Origin: a virus
Taxonomy: Duplodnaviria; Caudoviricetes
DNA length: 24,619 nt
IMG/VR virus record: IMGVR_UViG_3300005805_000469
Coordinates: 1 to 24,619 of that record
Direction: 5' to 3' (one strand)
In this document: piece by piece, positions 8,240-16,954 of the stretch
How positions within the stretch are numbered: the first letter of the stretch is position 1
Layout: every line of letters starts with the position of its first letter
The notes under the pieces: generated by a model
Seen by the model: the letters and a program-made list of their open reading frames with translations, nothing else
Told to the model about the DNA's origin: nothing
The model's database searches: none
Made by a program: the position numbers and the translations under genes

Positions 8240-11200
8240 ATGCCTAGTTTGCTTGAGATCTTAAAAGATCCAAACTACATTAACGCCAATCCGGCTACTA
8301 AAGAGGCAATATTTAACAAATATGCGCCTCAAGATGAAAACTTTACAGGTGCTAATCAGGCAACCCAAGAGGCTATAAAGCGGCGCTTTGGGTTAATGGG
8401 GTTGACAGAAGAGCCTACTGCACCAGCGCAACCCCCTGCGCAACCCCCTGCGCAACCCCCTGCGGCACCAATTGTCTCGCCTGAAGAAGCAGTGCCAACC
8501 GAAGCGCCTGTATCTACAGGTAAGCCTTCAATGTTCCGGCAGTTTTTGGAAGCCGCAAAACCCGAGCCGTTTACACGGCAGGTGCTTGATGTGCCCTTGG
8601 GTATAGCAGAAGGCGTTGTGTCTACTAGTCGAGCAGCTACTGAATTATTTGGCGCAAATAATGCTATTTCTCAAAACATGCGGGGGGTTGAAAAATACCT
8701 AGCCGATTTAGCTTCAGCGCAGTCTAAACAAGACTCACAAAAAGTTTCGCAAATTATGCAAGACGCCGAAGATAAAGGCGTCGGTGCTCAATTGCGGGCG
8801 GTATTGGAAGCATTTGCTACTGCTCCAGTTGACATGTTATCTAAAGCAGTTGGATCTACTGTGCCAATCTTATTAGGTGCGGTAGCTGGTGTCCCTGGTG
8901 TTTTATTGACTTCTGCAGCTGTTGGTACCGGTGTTGTCAAAGGTTCTATATACGATACTGTTAAAGAAGAACTTATTAAGGCTGGCACGCCGCCAAATAT
9001 TGCTGACGAAAAGGCGCAGCAAGCGCAAGCCTACGGTGGTAAAAACTTAGACATGATTTTAGCTGGTACTGCTCTTGGTACGTTAGCAGGCAGAACTGGT
9101 GTAGAGCGAATGATTCTTAATAAGATCGTCGCTAAAGAAGCAGCTGAGCGCGGTGCAGTTAGCGCCGCTGCCCGTGGTGCAGTAGAAGAAGCTGCTCCAG
9201 AGTTTTTACAGGCTGCACAAGAGCGGTTAGCACAAAATATTGCGCTGCAACGCGAAGGGTTTGATGTGCCCACTATGCGTGGTGTTGTCGGCGCTGGTGG
9301 TTTAGAAGCCTTAGTGGGGGGTACTCTGGGTGCTGGTATTGGTGTTACCACGCGCACTCAAGCTACGCCGGAAGACAAACTAATTGCTGATCTTGATAAG
9401 GCTTTATCTAGTAACCTAGAAGAAACTAAAGCACCATCAGGATTAGACACCCAAACTTTTAACGCACTTTATAACGTCGCTAAACAGCAGCTTGGTAGAG
9501 AGCCGACTGCAGATGAATTAGAAAGGTTGGTTACCGCCTATGAACAAAGGGGAACAACTGCTCCGGCAGATACAACCGGAAGAATTGAGCCTAGCTTTCA
9601 AGTACCTAGCGAACCAAGTGCCGCTGGAGCACCTACCGTCGAACCTACTGAAACTGGACTCGGAGGAGTGGAGGTATCTGGGGTACCTGCTGGCGTCACT
9701 GGAGTTGGAGCAGCGCCAGAACTCAGTCCATTAGCCAGAACATTTGCGCCTAGCGATACGGTATCTGCGCAGCAAAAACAAACTAACATTCATTACAACA
9801 CGCTAATGACGCAGCCGGACAATCCGGTTACGCAAAGTTTGATGGCGTTGGATGCATCAATACAAAAAGCCAGGGACGCCTACAGTCAAATAGCAACTCA
9901 ATTAAATATCCCATCGTCACAAGACATGATGGGTTTAGGAGTTTTGCTACCTAAACCAATTGCAGATTTACTTAACTATCCATCTGCTACTGGCTCCGCT
10001 GTTCGGCTGGTGTCTGCTTCTAAAGACATCGCTGCAAAAAATAAACGCGCTTCTCCAGAAAAGCTTAATACAACGCTTAAAGATGTAAATTCAGAGATTG
10101 ACCGAGTAGACGGATTAATTGCTAATGCTTTTGCTGCTGCACAAGATCCCAAGGTACAGGCAGAAATTAATCGCTTAAACGAACAAAAAGCTGTTAATGC
10201 AGAAGTTGCCTCCCGTCAGGCTGAAATTGCTGCACTGCCAATGGATCAGCGCGCTGCCAAAATTCAACAGATTGAGTCCGAAGCCCGCGCAAAACTTCGT
10301 GGCACTGAGCCGACCACAACGGAGCCAGCCCCAGCACCTGCGTTGCCAGAAGGAATGAACGACGCACAGTTTTTAGACGTAGCTACCAAATTGCGCGCTG
10401 GGAAAGTAATGACTGTTCCGTTTGCCCAGCTAAAGGCTATGAAGTCGGCGGGACTTGCATTACCCAATAACTCTTTGTCGCCCGAAGGCGAAGCACTTCT
10501 TGATCAGTTAGCAGCCACCGCGCCCCCTGCAGACCTGCGCGGGGCAGAAGAAACTATTAAAGCAAAGCCGGGTGCAAATGCACGGCGGTTGTCTAAGCTT
10601 CTTGGTCCCAAACTTTATGGTGAGCCTAGTGAAATGCCGTTTGTGTCGGTTAAAGAAATGGTGCAGAACTCGTTTGACGCCATTAAGCCGATGCAAGAGA
10701 AAGGTCAGTTGGTAAAAGGCAGAATTGACGTCAACGTAAACAGCGCTACGCGAATCATTTCGGTACTGGACAACGGCACCGGCATGTCTCCGGAGACGCT
10801 ATCAACTACGTTTTTGACAATTGCTGGTACCAAAAAAGAAGGCGAACGGGATTCTGGGGGTCTTGGTATTGCCAAGATGCAGTTCTTGTTTAACAACAAT
10901 CGGATTACTGTAGTTACTTACAGAGATGGTGTACTTAGCGTTTTAGAAAGTACAGGCGCTGATCTTGAATCGGCTATGGATGATCCAAACCTTGCACCAA
11001 ATATCCGTGTGTACAAAGGTAGTGACATCCCTACGCAATACCTTCAAATGTTTCCTGATGGGCATGGTACCTACGCTGAAGTGGTTGTTCCTGAAACATA
11101 TACCGATACTGGTACTGGTGAACAAGTTCCTATTGAAATAAGAGACTCGGAATATTCGTATCCCGTACTAAAGAAAAGCCCGCTGTTTAGTGATATTGAC

Positions 11201-14200
11201 GTTAAGTTTAATGACTCCATCGTCTACATTGGGGCAAATTTCCCCTACAACGACTACACGCAGTTCGCAGACGTTAAGTTTGATTGGGGTGTTGCGCGTA
11301 TCTATGTAGAAAAGAAACCAAACCCATACATTTTTGACAAGAACACGCATATTTTATCTAACGGCTTGTGGCAGTTTGACACCACTATTAGCGCCGGATT
11401 GGGTACGGATGCCCCAAAGGTAAAGCGTAATTTCTACGTCGATGTATCCCCTAAAAAGGGAGTTAAACCCGAAGACGCCAACTACCCTTTTGATCTAAAC
11501 CGACAACGTTTTTCGCCATCGGTAGAAGAAAGCTTTAAGAAAATCTTTAACTACTTAAGCTTTATTTACGGTGCAGTCGATCTTAGCAATAACGCTAAAA
11601 ATTTTGGTTCGGTTCAGTATTTAACTTTAGAAAACGGCAAAGTAAACGCTACTCCGTCTCAAGAACTTGCCCCCAAAGTAGCTCCAAAATCTACTGAAAT
11701 AGCTTCTGCTATTTCTGAGGGCGACGTAATTGAGGTTCAAGAAGGTAAATTAATTGTTAAAGGCCGTGTAATCCCAGAGCTATCACCTGCTGATTTAAGT
11801 AAAACTCAGATTAATCTAGCTGAATTTCAAATACCGCAAGATCAGGTAGATGCTAATAAAGTCATGCTGCACGACAACGTGGGCGTAGCCGACCCTAAAC
11901 GTTTAAAAGATTTAAAAGAAAAACTTCAAGAAGTCCGTCAAAAATGGTTTGATGACAAACTTACTGACGCAGAATACAACACGCAAAGAGATGAGATAGA
12001 AGAACAAATTCGTAAAGAGGAAGACTCGCCAGATGTAGAGTCTTTAGTCAAACTTGCCCGCGACAAGTTTGGTGCTAAGTTTGATCGGTTTAACTACGAC
12101 ATCGGTACTGTCTTTAAAGACCTGCGTGCTTTAGTTGTTGAAGTGATGGGGCCATCGTATGACGACTTGGCCAGAGAAGGAATCGGCGTAAGTTACGATG
12201 TAGAGTACCGTGGGGTAAGCATCAAAGTCCCGTTTTCTGGAATGTTTGTTAACCCCGCTGTGCCTGAAGTTACTAGCAACCCGGAAGAAGCTGCGGGTGG
12301 TGTGCTGGGTACGATGGTCCACGAGTTTGCGCACTTTAAAGTTCGTTCGCACAACGCTGATTTTGCTGCCGAAATGCAGCGGATTCTTATTAAGTTAAAC
12401 GCACTTGACTTTAAGGGTGACTCTCGGTTTAAGCAACTGCACAACGAGATCGTAAAAATATATCGGCAAAATCAAGAGCTTTTCAAATATATTAATGGGG
12501 TAAACACAAATGCAAACGCTAAGCCTATTGGAAAGCGCTTCAAAGACGCTGGCGTCTACGAAACCACAGATGTTGGGCGTCCTGAAGGCGTGGAGGGAGT
12601 TGGGGGAGCAGCAGAACGCGAACCCGGAGTACCTAGCGGAACTGAACCAAGCGCTGCAAACGTTGCAGAAGAGCGCGAGCGTGCCAGATTTTCTGGGCAA
12701 ACTACGCCGGGAAGCCTCGAAGACCAAGTCATTAACCGAGTAATTAAAGCACTTAATATTACCCCTGCAGTTGCAGATGAAATTGCTAAAGGTAATTTAA
12801 ACAGAGCCTTACAAGTACTAGCAAGTCGGTCTACCGATCCGTTGTATAAAGAGTTAGCTCAGACTTTGGCTAACCTTAACCTGCCAACTACGATTATGTT
12901 TAATGGCGCTCGTGACCTGACTCGGCGCCAAATTGATCTTAAAACTTACCAGCAGCAAAAGCGGCTGTTTAATTACATACAGCTGACCTACCCTGACTTG
13001 TACAACAAGTACTTCACAAACTACGACAGGGATGAAAATTTAGAAAAAGTCTACGAAGGTATCAAAATCCTGCGGTCTGGCAAATACAACATGCAGCCGG
13101 TTATTGCCGAATTTAAAGATGTAGACAAAGCATTTGAAGACAACATTCGTGGGCTAAAGGTCGTCGGTGCATACTACCCAGCGTTTGATGCTATTACGAT
13201 TGACCTTGAAAACGGTACAACCTCGGTGTTTTTACACGAGGTCTTGCACGCAGCGACAGAAGCAATACTGAACGCCGACCCTGCTACGCTAACGGAGGGG
13301 CAGCGAGCCGCACGCGAAGAGCTTATTAAGATGTATGACTTTGCGGTTGCTAATATTCCGTTAGACCTGTATGGACTAACCGATGTCCATGAATTCGTTT
13401 CTGAAGTATTTACTAATAAAGACTTTAGAGAGCGTCTCGCCAAGATTAGATACACGCCAGCTAAAGTCCCATTCTTTACAAAACTTGTACGCACTATTTT
13501 TCAAATGGTTGGGATTGACAGCCTTGCTGGTAACGCTATGGCTACGGCTACTCAACTGTTTTCGGCGGTACGTACTCGCACCCCTGCCGCTGCTGGTGCT
13601 AGGTTTGCACCCAAAGGTAGACGAGCCCGTGGTCCAGTTTCTACAACATGGCGCACTGCAGAACAAGTTGGCGTCAAACTTACTAATGAAATTGAAGGTG
13701 CAATCAAAGGGCACGAGCAGTGGAGTAGCATGCTACCCCGCATATCAAAGGCCATGTGGAACGCAGGCAATACAGTATTTCGCCGGGCTATTCTTGGTGT
13801 TGCAAACTTACGGCAGATTGATGACTTAACAAAAACTAAGTTCCCTCAAATTAGTAGTGCTATTCGGATTATTGAGCAGATGATTGCCGACCGAAATCGC
13901 ACCATGACAAGGGCAAAAGACATTCTTGCTGACTGGACTAAGGCTCAAGCTAAGAAACCGGGGCAGTCTCGGCTTATGGGTCGGATTATGCTTGAAGCTA
14001 CTATCAGCGGAGTTGATCCAGACACAGCAAAAGCTGGCACATTGAACCCCGCACTTGAAGCTGCATGGAACGGGCTAAATCCAGAATTTAAACAAATCTA
14101 CCGTCAAGTCCGTGACTTCTACGCCGATTCCATTAAAACTATGGTCACGGAGATGAAGAAGCGGGCCATGCAGTTACCAAAAGCTGAACGGCAAAAAGTT

Positions 14201-16654
14201 ATTAAAGAAATTAATGACAAGTTTGGGCCCAGTAAGTTAGTGCAACCATACTTCCCGTTGCGTCGTTTTGGTAACTATTGGTTCCAAGTCGGTAAAGGTA
14301 ACTTTAAAGAGTTCTATGAGTTTGAGTCGGCGTTGGCACGGGAGTTAGCTTTTGGGAAGCGGAAGGCAGAATTAGAGCGTGGTAACGCCAGACAAAAAGA
14401 TTTAGCCGAAACCATGCGAAAAGGTAACGGCATCTCTGAGTTATTCAACCAAAACGTAAGTTCTACCCAAGTTCTAAAAGATGCTCAGGAACTGGTTGAC
14501 AACGTAACAGCCACAAATGTTGCCGATATAAAGAAAGAACTTAAGGAAAGCCTTGACCAGCTAATCTATATCTTGCTACCACAACAAAGCGTACGCAAGA
14601 TGTTTATCAACCGGCAGTCAATTCAAGGCGCCAGTGAAGATATGCTGCGGGTGTTTGCTACCACGGCAGTCCATACCGCGTACCAACAATCTCGATTTAA
14701 GTTTGCTGAGAAGTTTGTAAGCAACCTTATGACTGCTAAAGAGTACATTAAAGAGTTGCCAAACTCTGATGTGTACGACGACTACATTAAAGAAGTTGAA
14801 AAGCGCACGCCGACCATTCTAAGTAACGAAGATACCAGTATGGCTGCAGTTGTAGCTGGCAAGTTATCAGACGCCACGTTCTACTTTATGCTGTCGGCAC
14901 CGTTCTCAGCCATGCTTAATATTCTTGGTATGGCAGCAATTACTATGCCCTACATAGGTGGGCGATACGGATACGCAAAAGCAAATGCGGTATTGTTGAA
15001 AAACATGGGGCGCTATTTTGCCACCATGCCGACGCGTTCTATTGCTCCGGCCTTAAAAGGTCAAATTATGCAGATGGAGTTTCCTTCGATTGTAGAAGGG
15101 GGCAAATTAGATCCATTGATGCAGCGTGCGGCTGACCGATTCATTGAAGATAACGACATTAATATTTCACAAACCAATGACATCATGGACATTGGCGGTC
15201 GGCCTTCTGAGCTTTATACGGGTCGGTACAACACTGTTAAGCGTGCAATTGCAGCCTTGTTCCATCAGTCTGAGCGGTTAAATCGTGAAGTTGCCCTGCT
15301 ATCAGTATTTGAATTGGCCTACGAAAAGTTTTTAGCTGAGCCAAAGAAAGATTTGCGTGGCGTAATTCAGCGGGACAACAACGGTAACCCAATACAAAAC
15401 ACGCCAGACGAAGCGTTTGAGTTGGCAATTACTGAAGCTAAAGATATTGCTGGTCTGTCCCTTGGTGACTTTACAAGGCAAATGAAACCTCGGTACTTCA
15501 CACCGCCTTTACTGTCGGTGCTGACTAAGTTTAAACAATACTCTGTGCTTGCTACTTATGTTGTGGCACGCAACTTCTACTTTACGTTTGCTGCGCCGTT
15601 TCGTAAAAGTGAGATTGAGCAGTTCCGGCAGCAGATGCTTAAAGATGGTGTGCCGCAAAACATTATTGATCAGCGCATAGCCGAAGCCGATGCTCAGCGA
15701 ATTGATACATACAAAGAGGGTCGGCGGCGCTTAGCTGGTATCCTAGGGATGACGTTCTTACTTGGTGGCGCTGAAGCTCTTCCGTTCTTCACGCTTGGTA
15801 TTGGCACGTTGGTTAAGATGCTAGGCAACGATGACGACGATGAGTTCTTCGACTGGGATAACTGGTTTAAGAATTACATGGAAGTTGAGTTGGGTGGTTA
15901 TGTAGCCGACTTGTTTAAGAAGATGGGTATGGGCGAAGAAGCAGCACGTAAAGCTGGTCGGGCCACTATGGAAGGTGTTGTGCGTGGGCCTGCATCTGTA
16001 ATAACAGGTGGCTCACTGAGTGAGCGTGTCAGCCTTGATCCTGTAAATCTGTGGCTGCGCGACCCTCGGTTCTCTTCTGACACTCGTGAAGGTGTAATAG
16101 AAGGTGTTATTGCTAATGCAGGTCCAGTTGTCGGCCTTGGTGTTAATTGGGCTGAAGCAATTGAGCTTATGGAGCAAGGGCAATATCAACGTGCTTTTGA
16201 GAAAGCGGCTCCGGCAATTGTGTCTAAACCTGCTTCTGCATATCGTATGGCAGATGAGGGGGCAAAAACTAAGTCTGGTGTAACTTTAGTGGACAACTTC
16301 TCGGCTTGGGAAGTTGCTATGCAGTCAATTGGATTGCAGCCAGAACGTCTGGCCCAAAAACAAAAGGCAGCGATTGAAGCCAAAACCTATGAACAAAAAG
16401 TAATTGACCGGCGAAATACTCTAATGAATCGCTTGTGGTTAGAGCGCGGTAATGTTGATGGGTACGGAACAGTAATTGAGAACGTTCAAAAATTTAATAT
16501 GAAGTACCCAGAGTACGCAATTGAACCCAAAGACATTGTTGATTCATTTAAACGCCGTGGTCAGAGCCAAATGGAAGCAGATGTTTTTGGTGCTCAAATC
16601 CAGAAAAAATTGCGGCCTCGCGTGTCGCCAATGATGGAATACGGGCGAGAGTGA
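8240..16654 (+). CDS. Giant polyvalent ejection protein (GHKL ATPase, two zincin metallopeptidase motifs, PLxRFG domain)
   Basis: 2804 aa, AAGGGG RBS. GHKL boxes: KEMVQNSFDA (aa805-814), DNGTGM (844-849), GGLGIAK (873-879), GHGT (941-944). Zincin motifs: HEFAH-x5-H (1361-1371) and HEVLH...HEFVSE (1666-1722). PLRRFG at 2006-2011. Hydrophobic segments near both ends. Confidence 0.85.
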   Translation: MPSLLEILKDPNYINANPATKEAIFNKYAPQDENFTGANQATQEAIKRRFGLMGLTEEPTAPAQPPAQPPAQPPAAPIVSPEEAVPTEAPVSTGKPSMFRQFLEAAKPEPFTRQVLDVPLGIAEGVVSTSRAATELFGANNAISQNMRGVEKYLADLASAQSKQDSQKVSQIMQDAEDKGVGAQLRAVLEAFATAPVDMLSKAVGSTVPILLGAVAGVPGVLLTSAAVGTGVVKGSIYDTVKEELIKAGTPPNIADEKAQQAQAYGGKNLDMILAGTALGTLAGRTGVERMILNKIVAKEAAERGAVSAAARGAVEEAAPEFLQAAQERLAQNIALQREGFDVPTMRGVVGAGGLEALVGGTLGAGIGVTTRTQATPEDKLIADLDKALSSNLEETKAPSGLDTQTFNALYNVAKQQLGREPTADELERLVTAYEQRGTTAPADTTGRIEPSFQVPSEPSAAGAPTVEPTETGLGGVEVSGVPAGVTGVGAAPELSPLARTFAPSDTVSAQQKQTNIHYNTLMTQPDNPVTQSLMALDASIQKARDAYSQIATQLNIPSSQDMMGLGVLLPKPIADLLNYPSATGSAVRLVSASKDIAAKNKRASPEKLNTTLKDVNSEIDRVDGLIANAFAAAQDPKVQAEINRLNEQKAVNAEVASRQAEIAALPMDQRAAKIQQIESEARAKLRGTEPTTTEPAPAPALPEGMNDAQFLDVATKLRAGKVMTVPFAQLKAMKSAGLALPNNSLSPEGEALLDQLAATAPPADLRGAEETIKAKPGANARRLSKLLGPKLYGEPSEMPFVSVKEMVQNSFDAIKPMQEKGQLVKGRIDVNVNSATRIISVLDNGTGMSPETLSTTFLTIAGTKKEGERDSGGLGIAKMQFLFNNNRITVVTYRDGVLSVLESTGADLESAMDDPNLAPNIRVYKGSDIPTQYLQMFPDGHGTYAEVVVPETYTDTGTGEQVPIEIRDSEYSYPVLKKSPLFSDIDVKFNDSIVYIGANFPYNDYTQFADVKFDWGVARIYVEKKPNPYIFDKNTHILSNGLWQFDTTISAGLGTDAPKVKRNFYVDVSPKKGVKPEDANYPFDLNRQRFSPSVEESFKKIFNYLSFIYGAVDLSNNAKNFGSVQYLTLENGKVNATPSQELAPKVAPKSTEIASAISEGDVIEVQEGKLIVKGRVIPELSPADLSKTQINLAEFQIPQDQVDANKVMLHDNVGVADPKRLKDLKEKLQEVRQKWFDDKLTDAEYNTQRDEIEEQIRKEEDSPDVESLVKLARDKFGAKFDRFNYDIGTVFKDLRALVVEVMGPSYDDLAREGIGVSYDVEYRGVSIKVPFSGMFVNPAVPEVTSNPEEAAGGVLGTMVHEFAHFKVRSHNADFAAEMQRILIKLNALDFKGDSRFKQLHNEIVKIYRQNQELFKYINGVNTNANAKPIGKRFKDAGVYETTDVGRPEGVEGVGGAAEREPGVPSGTEPSAANVAEERERARFSGQTTPGSLEDQVINRVIKALNITPAVADEIAKGNLNRALQVLASRSTDPLYKELAQTLANLNLPTTIMFNGARDLTRRQIDLKTYQQQKRLFNYIQLTYPDLYNKYFTNYDRDENLEKVYEGIKILRSGKYNMQPVIAEFKDVDKAFEDNIRGLKVVGAYYPAFDAITIDLENGTTSVFLHEVLHAATEAILNADPATLTEGQRAAREELIKMYDFAVANIPLDLYGLTDVHEFVSEVFTNKDFRERLAKIRYTPAKVPFFTKLVRTIFQMVGIDSLAGNAMATATQLFSAVRTRTPAAAGARFAPKGRRARGPVSTTWRTAEQVGVKLTNEIEGAIKGHEQWSSMLPRISKAMWNAGNTVFRRAILGVANLRQIDDLTKTKFPQISSAIRIIEQMIADRNRTMTRAKDILADWTKAQAKKPGQSRLMGRIMLEATISGVDPDTAKAGTLNPALEAAWNGLNPEFKQIYRQVRDFYADSIKTMVTEMKKRAMQLPKAERQKVIKEINDKFGPSKLVQPYFPLRRFGNYWFQVGKGNFKEFYEFESALARELAFGKRKAELERGNARQKDLAETMRKGNGISELFNQNVSSTQVLKDAQELVDNVTATNVADIKKELKESLDQLIYILLPQQSVRKMFINRQSIQGASEDMLRVFATTAVHTAYQQSRFKFAEKFVSNLMTAKEYIKELPNSDVYDDYIKEVEKRTPTILSNEDTSMAAVVAGKLSDATFYFMLSAPFSAMLNILGMAAITMPYIGGRYGYAKANAVLLKNMGRYFATMPTRSIAPALKGQIMQMEFPSIVEGGKLDPLMQRAADRFIEDNDINISQTNDIMDIGGRPSELYTGRYNTVKRAIAALFHQSERLNREVALLSVFELAYEKFLAEPKKDLRGVIQRDNNGNPIQNTPDEAFELAITEAKDIAGLSLGDFTRQMKPRYFTPPLLSVLTKFKQYSVLATYVVARNFYFTFAAPFRKSEIEQFRQQMLKDGVPQNIIDQRIAEADAQRIDTYKEGRRRLAGILGMTFLLGGAEALPFFTLGIGTLVKMLGNDDDDEFFDWDNWFKNYMEVELGGYVADLFKKMGMGEEAARKAGRATMEGVVRGPASVITGGSLSERVSLDPVNLWLRDPRFSSDTREGVIEGVIANAGPVVGLGVNWAEAIELMEQGQYQRAFEKAAPAIVSKPASAYRMADEGAKTKSGVTLVDNFSAWEVAMQSIGLQPERLAQKQKAAIEAKTYEQKVIDRRNTLMNRLWLERGNVDGYGTVIENVQKFNMKYPEYAIEPKDIVDSFKRRGQSQMEADVFGAQIQKKLRPRVSPMMEYGRE
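8426..8464 (+). repeat. In-frame 12-bp tandem repeat (GCGCAACCCCCT x3.25)
   Basis: Exact repeats encoding AQPP x3 in the N-terminal linker of the giant protein. Confidence 0.9.
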
Positions 16655-16680
16655 AAAAGACCCCCGCACTAGGCGGGGGT
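16652..16680 (-). terminator. Rho-independent terminator of the minus-strand operon
   Basis: 8-bp stem ACCCCCGC (16660-16667) / GCGGGGGT (16673-16680) with a 5-nt loop, followed on the - strand by CTTTTT. No U-tract on the + strand side. Confidence 0.85.
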
Positions 16681-16750
16681 AAGGTTGATTTCCAACCACC
16701 AAGAGGAGTGTGCCATGGGCACAGACAGCGAGGAGGTGCTGTCAGGGCGG
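16654..16750 (-). ncRNA. Candidate structured 3'UTR / sRNA with anti-Shine-Dalgarno motifs
   Basis: Four adjacent hairpins (16660-16680, 16683-16697, 16709-16723, 16724-16743). On the - strand it has the loop ACCUCCUC and the single-stranded linker CUCCUCUUGGU. Confidence 0.45.
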
Positions 16751-16756
16751 AGTTTA

Positions 16757-16954
16757 CTACTTAACTCGCCAAATACGCAAGCCTCGGAACCCATCCTCAA
16801 TTACTAACTTTACTTTGACCTCAAATCCAAAGCGCTCCATAGTAGCTTTTACAACGCTTTTAGCTTCGGCTGCGTTTAGACATGGGACAAAAAATGACCG
16901 CCCTACCTTAAATTTAGTCCAGTCAATTTCGTAGTTAATCCCATTAACTCGCAT
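16757..16954 (-). CDS. Small hypothetical phage protein
   Basis: 65 aa, basic, VGRSFFVPC...GLRIWRV. Overlaps the end of the primase gene; tandem stops TAG TAA. Confidence 0.75.
   Translation of the reverse strand: MRVNGINYEIDWTKFKVGRSFFVPCLNAAEAKSVVKATMERFGFEVKVKLVIEDGFRGLRIWRVK

Noticed and set aside
9540-9734. Out-of-frame 64-aa + strand ORF inside the first linker of the giant gene
   Set aside because: Only a weak, distant SD-like AAAGG and no recognisable motif; explained as an off-frame by-product of a low-complexity linker.
10580-11100. Calling the GHKL domain a phage-encoded Hsp90/HtpG, gyrase B or MutL
   Set aside because: Only the ATPase boxes are recognisable. No Hsp90 middle/C-terminal, TOPRIM or MutL-specific motifs were seen, and the domain is embedded in a virion polyprotein.
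13383-13829. 148-aa alternative-frame ORF and the many antisense ORFs within long genes
   Set aside because: Fully nested in well-supported CDSs with no RBS or motifs; typical shadow ORFs.
8240-16654. Virion RNA polymerase (N4- or crAss-like) in the giant protein
   Set aside because: No DxDxD double-psi-barrel motif in a credible context and no T7-type polymerase motifs were seen. The acidic DDDDEFFD stretch follows a hydrophobic helix and looks like a linker.
16710-16934. 74-aa + strand ORF from GTG 16710
   Set aside because: GAGGAG lies only 1 nt from the GTG, and the ORF is antisense to the better-supported 65-aa gene.
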